Shown here piece after piece: positions 53,573-63,647 of a stretch of DNA of 64,000 nucleotides. Origin of the DNA: an uncultured Flavobacteriales bacterium (lineage in GTDB: Bacteria > Bacteroidota > Bacteroidia > Flavobacteriales_D > CAJJDF01); NCBI GenBank assembly GCA_905182785.1, contig CAJJDF010000015.1:3555-67554 (forward strand), read 5' to 3'. A model generated the notes under the pieces. It saw only the letters and a list, made by a program, of their open reading frames with translations, had not been told where the DNA came from and did no database searches. A program made the translations under genes and the position numbers. How positions within the stretch are numbered: the first letter of the stretch is position 1; every line of letters begins with the position of its first letter.

Positions 53573-56500
53573 TATTCTGTTATTTCAATCTCAATATCCT
53601 CTTCATCTTGATTGTCCTTAGATTCTTCTGCCGCAATTATTGCATCAAGTTTAGACTGAGCAATCGTTTTTATCGCGTCATCATTGTTTTTGTAATAATC
53701 GATTACACTTTGCAGTGTAGCTTTTGCTTGGAAATTATCTTCTAACTTTACATACGAGTCAGCTAATAAAATATATCCTTTTGCCAACCAATAATCGTAG
53801 GAAGGCTTTTGTTTTAAGTAACTAAAAATTTCTGCTTCGGCTTGTTTATATTCTCCAGCTTTGTATGTTATTTCACACAGTTTATATCCAGCTTCTGCTT
53901 TGTCGATATCAGTAGATAGATTGACGACCTTTTTGTAGACAGTTTCTGCTTTGGCATTGTTTCCCAGTTCATAATTAGAATTGGCATTTATCATTAACGC
54001 TTCTTCTTTTTGTCCATTAGATAATTGCTCATCCATCAATACTTTCTCAGCATAAGTGGAAGCTTTTGCATAATTATTCATCTTGTAATGGGTTAGCATA
54101 AGTCCCCTGTTCATTACGGGAATTTTCAATTCATCCGTATTAATCAGTTCTAATTGAGAATATAAAGCATTTGCTTTTTCATTTTCTTTCAGTCTGTAAT
54201 TGATGTTAGCAGCATGGAAAAGTGCTTCTACCATATGCTTTTCATTTTTCTCAATTACTTTGTTGTAATTGAATAAAGCTGTTTCGTATTCTTTCTCCAA
54301 ATAGTTACATTCTGCAATGAAGAAATGAGCCGGAACATAATTTTTTGGATTTTCTATTTTCTCTAAATAAGCATTAAATCCACTTTTTGCATTGTTGCAA
54401 TCTCCACTTAGGTAAGCTTGATTCGCAGGATACCATAAAGTAGAATCCAGTTTAGACTGAGAATATTTTATTCCTAAAGAAGTTAATAAATCTGGAAATT
54501 GAGCAATTTTATTTTGTGCTAAATAAGATTTTTCCAATTCGTTTATTGCCGCTTCCCCTTCTTGTGATTTTGGGTATTTTTTCACCAAATCCACAAAGCT
54601 TATTTCAGCCAAGTTAAAGTTTTTATCCCTAAGGTGAATTCCTCCAATCTGTAACCTAGATTTTCTTTCTTGGTAAGTTCCTTCTTGGCTTGTTACAATA
54701 GTTTCGTACAAGGCAAGTGCTTTCACATTCTTGTTTTGAATACGATAATTGTTTGCCAACTCAAATGCTGTATTTGTAGAGTATTTAGATCTAGGGTACT
54801 TTATAAGCAAAAGATTAAGCAACCTTTCTTTTTCTTCGTAATCTTTATTGTATCCACTACTCACGGATTTTTGATACAAAGCATAATCCACATTTCTTTG
54901 GTCCAAATCAATCGCATTTTGGTAATATTTTACCGCTTCATCATCATTTTTTAATAGAAAATAAGAATCCCCCAACCTTAAATTAGCATCACTTTTCTTT
55001 GCTAGATCGGTAGATGATTTGATGTAATTTCTAAAAGCAGTGATACTTTTGGTGTAATCTTTTTGTTCAAAATATGCATAACCTACATTGTATTCTACCA
55101 ATTTTGCAAGAGGAGAATTTACAGCTCCAGGTAAAGATTTAAAACTTTCATAACCTGCAATAGCTTCTTTGTATTTCCTTTGCTTGTAGTTTGCTTCAGC
55201 AACCCAAAATTTACTCTTAGAAGTAAGCTTAGTATTCACAGGATAAATAGTTACATCCTTGTAATACTTAATTGCTTGTTTGTAATCGTGTTTATAATAC
55301 AATTCGGTAGCTCTGTTGTAACTTAATTTTTGGTGAGCTTCTTTTATTTTGTAGTTTTTATCTGCAATTTTATTGATAGAGTTAAGAGCAGCCTTGTAGT
55401 TCTTTGTTGTAGTGTATACGTCTAATAAATATTCATATACTTCCTCCTTTTTTGTAGAAGTAGGGTATTCGTCTAAGAATTTATGAAATATCTCGGTAGC
55501 TTCATCATAGGGGTTGTAGCTTAGTTCATAAGTTGTTTTTGCATAACCAAACAAAGCATCTTCTCTCAGTCTTTTATCAAAATCTAGTTCATAAGCTCTT
55601 TTAAAAGCAGCTTTTGCAAATTGTTTTTTATCAGATTTGATGTAGCATTCTGCCAATATAAAATTACAAACTTGTGCTCGTTCTGTTTTCTTTGCGGCAA
55701 CTCTTCCCAAGTATTTTATGGCCTTTTTATACTCTTCGTTTTTGTAATAAGAATAGCCCAATTGGTAATAATCATCAATGGATTTTTTTGCCGTTTTACT
55801 AAAATACTCTTGTAGGTATGGAATTGCTTCTTTGTATTGTTTTGATTTGAAATAGGAAGAACCTAAAATTCCTTTTATCTCAGCCTCACGCTTTATTCCA
55901 TCTCCCGATAAGGCAGTTGGAATGTAGGCTATTACTTCCTTGTATTTTTCTTGCTTGAATAATATTTGAGAAATGTAATACGGTACAATTGGAGCGAACC
56001 CAGGATTGTCTTTTATGTTGTTAAATCCTTCAAGAGCAGTTTGGTACTTTCCATCTTGATACGATAAATGAGAATAATAGTATTGAGTAGGTGCATAGTA
56101 ATCCGATTCTTTTCTGTCTTTTATTTCATAAAATACTTGCTTTGCTTTAGCAAACTCATCTCGGTTGAAATAACAATAACCCAACTTGAAAAAATATTCT
56201 GTTTTCTCATCTTCGGTCAAATCGTATTTATCCACTTTTTCATACCATTCAATTGCACTTTTGAATCTTTTCTTTCTGTAGAAATCATTTCCTAATAGAT
56301 TGAAAATTTTCTTTGTTTTTGGCGAATCAGGATGCTTGATAGCAAACTCTGACAAGAGAAACTGTGCATTTTTATGAAATAACTCCAAGGCACAAACTGC
56401 ATGAAGATATTCAGCATCTATTTGTATTTCATCTTGCGAATCATCAATAGAATTAATAGTTTCTTCAAACTTTTTTTGTGCTGCACCAAAGGCATCCTTG

Positions 56501-56628
56501 TCGTACAAGTCTAATCCATCTCGGTAATTTTTGTATTTATCTTTATAAATACCTGTGAATTGTGAGAAAGAAAAATTGTGTAAAACAACTACACCTAAAA
56601 CTATTGCTATGTAACGAATTATTCTCAT
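53572..56628 (-). CDS. large exported tetratricopeptide-repeat protein
   Basis: 1018 aa with an N-terminal signal/anchor. It carries more than 20 TPR-like units (recurrent ...Y..A...Y......P......A.Y..G.....) and an acidic tail DNQDEEDIEIEITE. Confidence 0.8.
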   Translation of the reverse strand: MRIIRYIAIVLGVVVLHNFSFSQFTGIYKDKYKNYRDGLDLYDKDAFGAAQKKFEETINSIDDSQDEIQIDAEYLHAVCALELFHKNAQFLLSEFAIKHPDSPKTKKIFNLLGNDFYRKKRFKSAIEWYEKVDKYDLTEDEKTEYFFKLGYCYFNRDEFAKAKQVFYEIKDRKESDYYAPTQYYYSHLSYQDGKYQTALEGFNNIKDNPGFAPIVPYYISQILFKQEKYKEVIAYIPTALSGDGIKREAEIKGILGSSYFKSKQYKEAIPYLQEYFSKTAKKSIDDYYQLGYSYYKNEEYKKAIKYLGRVAAKKTERAQVCNFILAECYIKSDKKQFAKAAFKRAYELDFDKRLREDALFGYAKTTYELSYNPYDEATEIFHKFLDEYPTSTKKEEVYEYLLDVYTTTKNYKAALNSINKIADKNYKIKEAHQKLSYNRATELYYKHDYKQAIKYYKDVTIYPVNTKLTSKSKFWVAEANYKQRKYKEAIAGYESFKSLPGAVNSPLAKLVEYNVGYAYFEQKDYTKSITAFRNYIKSSTDLAKKSDANLRLGDSYFLLKNDDEAVKYYQNAIDLDQRNVDYALYQKSVSSGYNKDYEEKERLLNLLLIKYPRSKYSTNTAFELANNYRIQNKNVKALALYETIVTSQEGTYQERKSRLQIGGIHLRDKNFNLAEISFVDLVKKYPKSQEGEAAINELEKSYLAQNKIAQFPDLLTSLGIKYSQSKLDSTLWYPANQAYLSGDCNNAKSGFNAYLEKIENPKNYVPAHFFIAECNYLEKEYETALFNYNKVIEKNEKHMVEALFHAANINYRLKENEKANALYSQLELINTDELKIPVMNRGLMLTHYKMNNYAKASTYAEKVLMDEQLSNGQKEEALMINANSNYELGNNAKAETVYKKVVNLSTDIDKAEAGYKLCEITYKAGEYKQAEAEIFSYLKQKPSYDYWLAKGYILLADSYVKLEDNFQAKATLQSVIDYYKNNDDAIKTIAQSKLDAIIAAEESKDNQDEEDIEIEITE

Positions 56629-56643
56629 TATGTTAAGTTTCCT

Positions 56644-57318
56644 TTATTTTTTTTGAGGAGTTTTAATCAATACTTCATCAATCATTCCGTAGTCTTTTGC
56701 TTCACCCGAAGTCATCCAGTAATCTCTATCACTGTCTGCCCATACTTTATCGTAATCTTGCTTAGAGTGGTCTGCAATAATTGTGTATAATTCTTTCTTA
56801 AGTTTTTGAATCTCTTTCAAAGTAATTTCCATATCACTTGCTTGCCCTTGAGCTCCACCAAGAGGTTGGTGAATCATAACTCTTGAGTGTTTCAAAGCAG
56901 TTCTTTTACCCTCTGCTCCTGCACACAATAATACGGCTCCCATAGAAGCTGCCATTCCTGTACAAATAGTTGCTACATCTGGCTGAATGTATTGCATGGT
57001 GTCATAAATCCCTAACCCTGCATACACAGAACCTCCAGGAGAGTTGATGTAAATTTGAATGTCCTTTTTAGGGTCAACTGAAGCTAAAAACAACAATTGC
57101 GCCTGAATAATATTTGCAACTTGGTCGTTAATTCCCGTTCCCATAAAAATAATTCTGTCCATCATTAATCTAGAGAACACATCCATTTGTGCTACATTTA
57201 ATTGTCTTTCTTCAATAATGTAAGGAGTTACAGAAGATTCTACATAGCTATTAAGATGCATGCTGCTAATCCCTGCGTGTTTTGTTGCGTATTTTTCAAA
57301 TTCTTTTGAGTCAAACAT
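56644..57318 (-). CDS. clpP: ATP-dependent Clp protease proteolytic subunit
   Basis: 224 aa. Contains the catalytic Ser region TGMAASMGAVLL, His (MIHQPLGG) and Asp (DSDRDYWM). Confidence 0.95.
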   Translation of the reverse strand: MFDSKEFEKYATKHAGISSMHLNSYVESSVTPYIIEERQLNVAQMDVFSRLMMDRIIFMGTGINDQVANIIQAQLLFLASVDPKKDIQIYINSPGGSVYAGLGIYDTMQYIQPDVATICTGMAASMGAVLLCAGAEGKRTALKHSRVMIHQPLGGAQGQASDMEITLKEIQKLKKELYTIIADHSKQDYDKVWADSDRDYWMTSGEAKDYGMIDEVLIKTPQKK

Positions 57319-57568
57319 GTTTTTTATATTTTTTAAGTAGTTAGTTTTTAATTTGTAATTGAAGATTGAATAGTAAACAGTAAAGACAATCTTAAGGTCC
57401 GAAAATAATTAAAATAGTTGCCATTTTCGTCATATTTCGATGGAGTAATAAACCTTTTGTTGTTTATAACGTCTAATTATAAAAATCATTTTGTAGCTAG
57501 ATAATTTTTATAAAAAAACATAAAGCAATAAAAATAGTAAAAAACGTGTGGTTTTTCTAAAAAAAAGG

Positions 57569-57576
57569 TATCTTTG
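57569..57576 (+). promoter_or_regulatory. candidate -7 promoter box for tRNA-Leu
   Basis: TATCTTTG (TAnnTTTG) lies 24 nt upstream of the mature tRNA 5' end. Confidence 0.3.
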
Positions 57577-57600
57577 CATCCGATATTTTTGAAATATTAA

Positions 57601-57682
57601 GCGGGCGTGGCGGAATTGGTAGACGCGCTAGACTTAGGATCTAGTGCCGCAAGGTGTGAGAGTTCGAGTCTCTCCGCCCGCA
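57601..57682 (+). tRNA. tRNA-Leu (anticodon TAG), class II with a long variable arm
   Basis: I folded the cloverleaf by hand. The acceptor stem is GCGGGCG/CGCCCGC. The anticodon arm is CTAGA-CTTAGGA-TCTAG. The variable arm is 13 nt. The T arm is GAGAG-TTCGAGT-CTCTC and the discriminator is A. No CCA is encoded. Confidence 0.9.
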
Positions 57683-57690
57683 CAAAAAAC

Positions 57691-57722
57691 AAGGCGTAAG
57701 AATATTTCTTATGCCTTTTTTG
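57691..57722 (+). terminator. rho-independent terminator after tRNA-Leu
   Basis: The stem AAGGCGTAAGA/TCTTATGCCTT (one G-U pair) has a 5-nt loop and is followed by TTTTTT. Confidence 0.6.
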
Positions 57723-57766
57723 TATAACATATTTTCAAAATAATTTTATTTTTAAAATTCAATATT

Positions 57767-59098
57767 ATGAATATTACAGACGAAAAAATTGATGATTTAA
57801 ATGCAGTTATCAAAATCAAATTAACTCCAGAAGATTACATGGGGAAGTATGAGGCTAAATTAAAAGAAGCAAGAAAGCAATCTACTGAAGCAGGATTTAG
57901 ACCGGGAAAAGTTCCTATGGGAATGATTAAGAAGAAATTTGGTCAATCTATCCTTGCAGATGAATTGAACGGTATGATTAATGAAACTTTATACAAGCAC
58001 ATTCAGGAAAAAGGATTGAATGTATTAGGTAATCCCTTACCTTCTGAGGAGCACACTACTTTTGAGAAATGGGAAGCAGGAAGTGATTTCGAATTTGGAT
58101 ATAAAATAGGATTGGCTCCAGAATTTACGGTTAAACTTTCTTCTAAGGATAAAGTAGTCTTTCATAAAATAAAAGTTGACAGTGAAATTATCGACAAGCA
58201 AATAGAAGATTTTGCTAAGAGATATGGTCAAATGAAAGCTGCAGATGTTGCTGAAAAAGACGACATGGTTTTTGGAGAATTTGTACAAAAAGAGGGAGAC
58301 ATTACAGCTAAGTCTACTGTTTCTATTCCATTGATTGATGATGCTAAGATTCAAAAGAAATTTATTGGATTAAAAGCAGGAGATAAGATTGTGATAGACC
58401 CAAAGACCGTTTCTAAAGGAGATGCTGATATGGCAGCAATGCTTCACATCAAAAAAGAAGAATTGAATACTGCAACTGGAGATTTTGAATTTACAGTAGA
58501 AGAAATAAAAAGACTTGAAAAAGCACCAGTAGACCAAGAATTATTTGATAAGATTCATGGGAAAGATACCGTGAAGACTGAAAAAGAATTCAGAGCTAAG
58601 ATTGAAGAAGAAATGAGTGTTGCTTTTGTAAATGATAGCGAAAGATTGTTTCAAAAAGATTTGGCTGCTTATTTCGTAAAAAAATTAGCCATTAAATTAC
58701 CGGACGAATTTCTTAAAAGTTGGATTCAACAATCTAATGAGAAAAATGCTTCAATGGAAGAGATTGAAGCTGAATACCCACAGTATTCTGATCAATTGAA
58801 ATGGCAACTTATTGAGAACAAAATCATTCAAGAGAATGAAATAAAAGTAGAAATAGAAGAGGTGAAGGATTACGTGAAAGGAATGTTGGTGCAACAATAT
58901 GCACAATATAATATGCCGACTCCGGATGATGCAGCTTTGGAAGAAAATGCTTTAGGTGTTCTTAAGAACCAAGAGGAAACAAAAAAGATTTTTGATTATT
59001 TATACAAAAATAAAGTTTCTGATTTTTTCAAAAACAGCATCAAGTTGCAAGATAAAGAAGTGAGCCAAGAAGATTTTATTAAATTATTCTATGCTTAA
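57767..59098 (+). CDS. tig: trigger factor
   Basis: 443 aa. Contains the N-terminal ribosome-binding motif GFRPGKVP, with a middle FKBP-like region and a C-terminal helical domain, in clpP/tig neighbourhood. Confidence 0.9.
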   Translation: MNITDEKIDDLNAVIKIKLTPEDYMGKYEAKLKEARKQSTEAGFRPGKVPMGMIKKKFGQSILADELNGMINETLYKHIQEKGLNVLGNPLPSEEHTTFEKWEAGSDFEFGYKIGLAPEFTVKLSSKDKVVFHKIKVDSEIIDKQIEDFAKRYGQMKAADVAEKDDMVFGEFVQKEGDITAKSTVSIPLIDDAKIQKKFIGLKAGDKIVIDPKTVSKGDADMAAMLHIKKEELNTATGDFEFTVEEIKRLEKAPVDQELFDKIHGKDTVKTEKEFRAKIEEEMSVAFVNDSERLFQKDLAAYFVKKLAIKLPDEFLKSWIQQSNEKNASMEEIEAEYPQYSDQLKWQLIENKIIQENEIKVEIEEVKDYVKGMLVQQYAQYNMPTPDDAALEENALGVLKNQEETKKIFDYLYKNKVSDFFKNSIKLQDKEVSQEDFIKLFYA

Positions 59099-59121
59099 GA
59101 GTTTATTAGATTAAAATTTTA

Positions 59122-59156
59122 AATGTCTTTGAATTTCTTCAAAGGCATTTTTTTTT
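59122..59156 (+). terminator. rho-independent terminator after tig
   Basis: The stem AATGTCTTTGAA/TTCAAAGGCATT (one mismatch) has a 4-nt loop and is followed by a T9 run. Confidence 0.55.
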
Positions 59157-59282
59157 GCTTGGTTTATCTTGAGTGTTAGTAAGAGGTTTTTTGGCAATGC
59201 AAAAAAATGGACAAAGTGTTTTTGAGATAAAAACCTTAGTTTCTTTTGGATAGTTTTTTTAAAGCAAAATAATAGAACAGCA

Positions 59283-59320
59283 AAAAACCCTATTTCACAA
59301 CTGTGAAATAGGGTTTTTTG
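59283..59320. terminator. bidirectional rho-independent terminator (serves the 59348-59569 gene)
   Basis: Reads AAAAACCCTATTTCACA-ac-TGTGAAATAGGGTTTTTT, a perfect 14-bp stem flanked by an A-run and a T-run. Confidence 0.65.
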
Positions 59321-59347
59321 AAACAATTAAGTTTACTTTGTGTTTAA

Positions 59348-59569
59348 CTAATATTCATCCTCGTTAAAGAAAAAATCGTCTTTTGTAGGATAATCTGGCC
59401 AAATATCTTCGATAGATTCGTAGATTTCTCCTTCTTCTTCAATGCTTTGTAGGTTTTCTACTACTTCTAATGGAGCAGCTCTACGCATAGAGTAATCTAT
59501 TAATTCTTCTTTAGTTGCAGGCCAAGGTGCATCTTCCAAATATGATGCTAATTCTAATGTCCAGTACAT
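59348..59569 (-). CDS. DUF2795-like small acidic protein
   Basis: 73 aa. Reads MYWTLELASYLEDAPWPATKEELIDYSMRRAAPLEVVENL. The family assignment is from recollection. Confidence 0.55.
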   Translation of the reverse strand: MYWTLELASYLEDAPWPATKEELIDYSMRRAAPLEVVENLQSIEEEGEIYESIEDIWPDYPTKDDFFFNEDEY

Positions 59570-59660
59570 ATTTTTTTCGTTTTAATTTCTATTATTACGC
59601 AAAAGTAATTTTTTTGTTGTCAAAAGCAACTAATTATAGATTTATTTTCAATTTAAATGA

Positions 59661-59668
59661 TAATTTTG
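59661..59668 (+). promoter_or_regulatory. candidate -7 promoter box for purD
   Basis: TAATTTTG (TAnnTTTG) lies 19 nt upstream of the purD ATG. Confidence 0.3.
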
Positions 59669-59687
59669 TACAAAATAACAACATATT

Positions 59688-60959
59688 ATGAATATTCTTA
59701 TCATTGGTTCTGGAGGAAGAGAACATGCACTTTCTTGGAAACTTACACAAAGTAAAAAACTATCTAATCTTTTTATTGCACCTGGTAATGCAGGAACAAG
59801 TGAACTAGGAACAAATGTAGATTTATCTGTTTCAGATTTTGAGGGAATAGGAAACTTCTGTATTCAAAATAACATAGAAATATTAGTTGTAGGACCAGAG
59901 GTCCCTTTGGTAGAGGGAATTCATGATTATTTTGAATCAAAGCCAGAATTAAATAAAACGGCAGTAATTGGCCCTAAGAAAATGGGAGCTCAATTGGAAG
60001 GAAGTAAAAAATTCTCAAAGGAATTTATGGAAAGACATAATATTCCTACAGCTCGTTACAAAGCATTCACAAAAGAAACACTGGAAGATAGTTTTGCATT
60101 TTTAGAAACACTTTCGCCACCATACGTATTAAAAGCAGATGGATTGGCAGCAGGAAAAGGAGTTGTAATTCCAGATAACATAGAAGATGCAAAAAAGGAA
60201 CTGACAGAGATGTTGGCCAACTCTAAATTTGGAGCAGCAAGTCAAGAAGTAGTTATCGAAGAATTTTTGGATGGAATAGAATTATCTGTTTTTGTTTTAA
60301 CAGACGGAGATTCTTATAAAGTACTTCCAACAGCAAAAGATTACAAAAGAATAGGCGAGGGTGATAAAGGATTAAATACGGGAGGAATGGGAGCTATTTC
60401 ACCAGTTCCATTTGCTACGAATGAATTTTTACAAAAAGTAGAAGAAAGAATCATAAAGCCTTCTGTAGACGGATTGAAAAAAGATGGAATAGATTACGTA
60501 GGTTTTTTGTTCATTGGGTTAATGAATGTAAAAGGAGATCCTTTTGTGATAGAATATAACGTGAGAATGGGAGATCCAGAAACAGAAGTGGTGATTCCAA
60601 GAATAAAATCGGACTTGGTAGAAGTGTTTGCAGCAGTTGGAAACAAAACGCTAGGAGAAATAGAGTTTAAAGTAACTCCACAAACTGTATGCACGGTTAT
60701 GGCAGTTTCTGGAGGTTATCCAGAAGCTTATGAAAAACAAAAGGTAATTAACGGATTAAACTTAGTTACAGAAAGTACCGTGTTTCATGCAGGAACAAAA
60801 ATACAAGATGGAAATGTAGTTACAAATGGAGGAAGAGTAGTTGCAGTAAGCTCATTTGGGAGCACAAAAAAAGAAGCATTAGATAAATCTTATGCTTCTT
60901 TAAAGAAAATTTCGTTTGATAATATGTATTTCAGATCCGATATCGGATTTGACTTGTAA
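59688..60959 (+). CDS. purD: phosphoribosylamine-glycine ligase
   Basis: 423 aa. Starts MNILIIGSGGREHALSWKL, with an ATP-grasp core (VLKADGLAAGKGV) and EYNVRMGDPETEV. Confidence 0.95.
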   Translation: MNILIIGSGGREHALSWKLTQSKKLSNLFIAPGNAGTSELGTNVDLSVSDFEGIGNFCIQNNIEILVVGPEVPLVEGIHDYFESKPELNKTAVIGPKKMGAQLEGSKKFSKEFMERHNIPTARYKAFTKETLEDSFAFLETLSPPYVLKADGLAAGKGVVIPDNIEDAKKELTEMLANSKFGAASQEVVIEEFLDGIELSVFVLTDGDSYKVLPTAKDYKRIGEGDKGLNTGGMGAISPVPFATNEFLQKVEERIIKPSVDGLKKDGIDYVGFLFIGLMNVKGDPFVIEYNVRMGDPETEVVIPRIKSDLVEVFAAVGNKTLGEIEFKVTPQTVCTVMAVSGGYPEAYEKQKVINGLNLVTESTVFHAGTKIQDGNVVTNGGRVVAVSSFGSTKKEALDKSYASLKKISFDNMYFRSDIGFDL

Positions 60960-60962
60960 GTC

Positions 60963-61145
60963 CTACTTCAACTGATTTTCGTCAGCTTCGGCTTGGGCAT
61001 TGTATTTTTTTTGCCAAAACAACCAGTATAATAGCCCAAATGCTATAAGTAATGAAAAAATCATCCAGGGCCCATCTTCTGCAAATTTTAAAATCCCAAA
61101 AGTCCACTGAAATATACCTTCTAATAATGATGCTAGCCAACCCAT
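60963..61145 (-). CDS. small hypothetical membrane protein
   Basis: 60 aa with one clear TM segment (WMIFSLLIAFGLLYWLFW) and a charged tail. Its position is compact, 3 nt from the purD stop. Confidence 0.4.
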   Translation of the reverse strand: MGWLASLLEGIFQWTFGILKFAEDGPWMIFSLLIAFGLLYWLFWQKKYNAQAEADENQLK

Positions 61146-61231
61146 AAATTTGTTTTTTTGCTGTTTTACTCTACAAATATAAATAACTTTATAAAATTAG
61201 CTTAAACTCTCAAGAGTATTTTTTTAAATAT

Positions 61232-62182
61232 ATGATTACTTCACTTTTCAAAAACGACATTTTCAGCTATTTATTAGCCTCCATAATTGGAGTTGTATTA
61301 TGGGGGATAGCTTATTTTGAAGTTATTCTAGATATTTCTGTTTCGATAAATATTGCTAATCAAGAGTTTTTTTTTAGTAAACAAACCGCTATTCTGTTCT
61401 CTTTCTTTGTTACACTTTTTGGAGCCACCTTATTAAATTACAAGTTAAAAAAGTATTTATTTAGCTACGAGCCCACTAATTTATTCTTGCTTTTTTACAT
61501 ACTTATAGCTTCGTTAGGCTTGCGATCTAGCAATGTTATTTCCTATAGCTTAGTTTCTTTCCTATTGGTATTGGTGGTCAATTATTTGTTTTATTTCATT
61601 GAAAACAAGAAACAAGCAGATCAAGTTTTTAATTCATCTTTCATTATTGGTTTATTGATTTTTCAGAATTTATCTTTTGTCATTCTTATTCCCCTACTTT
61701 TATTGAATTTGGGAGCAGTAAAAAGAGTTTCGCTTAAAGAGTTAGCATTAATTTTTATTGGGTTTCTATTGCCTACACTTTTCGTTATTTTCTTTACGAT
61801 TCTCACAGAAAACTTAGAGATACTAGACTCCTTGTTTCGGTTAGAAATTAACTTTCCAAAAATTCCATGGAAATTTGGATTGTATTTTTTGGCATTGATT
61901 TTTATTTCTATCAGGGGTTATAGACTCGTAATAATAAAAAGAACGGGAATAGACATTAATATCATAAGACTTACAAAAAACATGTTTGTATTCTTTATAG
62001 CAATGACAATAATTATAGGGCTATCGCTATTTTCTTTCCCAAAGGAGTATGTGGCATTTATTTTCGCAATTCCGCTTTCTATTTTCCTTGCAGATTTCTT
62101 TGCAAACTCAGCTTTTAGATTCAGGGAGTTAATATTTTTAATTGTGATTTTGTTTCCGTTTTTGATAAGATTTTTAAATTAG
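61232..62182 (+). CDS. hypothetical polytopic membrane protein
   Basis: 316 aa with ~9 TM helices. I recognised no motif. Confidence 0.5.
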   Translation: MITSLFKNDIFSYLLASIIGVVLWGIAYFEVILDISVSINIANQEFFFSKQTAILFSFFVTLFGATLLNYKLKKYLFSYEPTNLFLLFYILIASLGLRSSNVISYSLVSFLLVLVVNYLFYFIENKKQADQVFNSSFIIGLLIFQNLSFVILIPLLLLNLGAVKRVSLKELALIFIGFLLPTLFVIFFTILTENLEILDSLFRLEINFPKIPWKFGLYFLALIFISIRGYRLVIIKRTGIDINIIRLTKNMFVFFIAMTIIIGLSLFSFPKEYVAFIFAIPLSIFLADFFANSAFRFRELIFLIVILFPFLIRFLN

Positions 62183-62259
62183 ATTTCTTTTGAAGAATCA
62201 CGCGTTATCATCTTCTAATTTTTATTACTTTTGTAACTAATTATTTTAATACAAGCTAT

Positions 62260-62961
62260 ATGAAATTTGGTGTAATTACATTTCCAGGATCCAATTGTGA
62301 CGAAGACATGATTTATGTTTTAAAAGACATTATGAATCAAGAGGTTGTAGAGCTTTGGCACAAAGATACAGATTTACAAGGTGTAGATGTAGTAGTAGTT
62401 CCAGGAGGATTTTCTTATGGAGATGCTCTTCGTTCTGGAGCAATTGCTAGATTTTCACCAATTATGGAACAAGTAATTACCCATTGTAATAATGGAGGAT
62501 ACGCAATAGGAGTTTGTAATGGATTTCAAATTTTATGCGAGTCTGGATTATTGCCAGGGACTTTGTTGCATAACAATAGCCATAAATTCATTTGTAAAAA
62601 TGTATTCATAGCACCTCAAAATAACGACACTGCAATTACTGCTAACCTTGAAAAAGGAAAAGGATATAAAATTCCTATCGCTCACGGAGAAGGGAGGTAT
62701 TTTGCATCAGAAGAAACAATAAAAGAGTTAAATGAGAACAACCAAGTTTTGTTTAGGTATTGTGAAGAAGATGGATCTATATCAGCTGAATCTAACCCAA
62801 ATGGGTCGATAGAAAGCATTGCAGGTGTAACAAACAAGCAAAGAACTGTATTTGGGATGATGCCTCACCCAGAGAGAGCAGCAGATGCTGAATTAGGAAA
62901 CACAGACGGACGTCTTTTCTTTGAATCTCTGATTAAAGAGATTGAAGGGAAGTTGGTTTAG
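62260..62961 (+). CDS. purQ: phosphoribosylformylglycinamidine synthase, glutamine amidotransferase subunit
   Basis: 233 aa. Starts MKFGVITFPGSNCDEDM, with the nucleophile Cys in GVCNGFQIL and the HPER triad region MMPHPERA. Confidence 0.9.
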   Translation: MKFGVITFPGSNCDEDMIYVLKDIMNQEVVELWHKDTDLQGVDVVVVPGGFSYGDALRSGAIARFSPIMEQVITHCNNGGYAIGVCNGFQILCESGLLPGTLLHNNSHKFICKNVFIAPQNNDTAITANLEKGKGYKIPIAHGEGRYFASEETIKELNENNQVLFRYCEEDGSISAESNPNGSIESIAGVTNKQRTVFGMMPHPERAADAELGNTDGRLFFESLIKEIEGKLV

Positions 62962-62962
62962 T

Positions 62963-63556
62963 CTACCTATAAAACCCCATTTCGTCTACATATTTCTCTA
63001 CCTTTTCAGTCAATAAATAAGCTACACTTTTACCTTCTTTTATTCGCTCACGAATATAGCTTGCCGATATTTTCATTACTGGAATATTTTCTAAGACAGA
63101 AATATTTTTGTGTGTTATAATTTCAGATTTTGCAACTGACTTATCATTTACACCCATCCTTGGGTAAACAATAATAGAATGATTTTTTAGAATTACTTCG
63201 TAGTTTTTCCATTTGTGAAAAGATTTAATGTTGTCCTCTCCCATGATTAATGAAAATTCATATTTTGGATATTTATCCATCAAGTAAGCCAAAGTATCTG
63301 ACGTGTAGGATGGTTTTGGCATTGAAAACTCAATATCACACGATTTTAATTTTTGATTATCTTCAATCGCTTCATTTACCAAAGCAAGCCTGTGATAATC
63401 TTCTAATAAGGATTTTTTTTCTTTGAACGGGTTTTGGGGCGAAACCACAAACCAAACTTCATCCAAAAGATCAGATTGAGCAATGTGATTAGCAATAACT
63501 AAGTGACCAACGTGAATTGGGTTAAACGAGCCAAAAAATAATCCTATCTTTTTCAT
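62963..63556 (-). CDS. nadD: nicotinate-nucleotide adenylyltransferase
   Basis: 197 aa. Contains GLFFGSFNPIHVGHL (the (H/T)xGH motif) and ISASYIR (the ISST-like motif). Confidence 0.92.
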   Translation of the reverse strand: MKKIGLFFGSFNPIHVGHLVIANHIAQSDLLDEVWFVVSPQNPFKEKKSLLEDYHRLALVNEAIEDNQKLKSCDIEFSMPKPSYTSDTLAYLMDKYPKYEFSLIMGEDNIKSFHKWKNYEVILKNHSIIVYPRMGVNDKSVAKSEIITHKNISVLENIPVMKISASYIRERIKEGKSVAYLLTEKVEKYVDEMGFYR

Positions 63557-63647
63557 TTATTACTTTTTCATTTCAGAGAATTTATCTCATTTTATTTGAA
63601 GTCTAACTATCCGAATCCAAGTTTGGAATTTTTTTTGGATCTCGCCT

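Noticed and set aside
59111-59326. A 71-aa minus-strand ORF between tig and the DUF2795-like gene.
   Set aside because: It spans two terminator hairpins (59122-59156 and 59283-59320) and A/T runs. Its translation is low-complexity.
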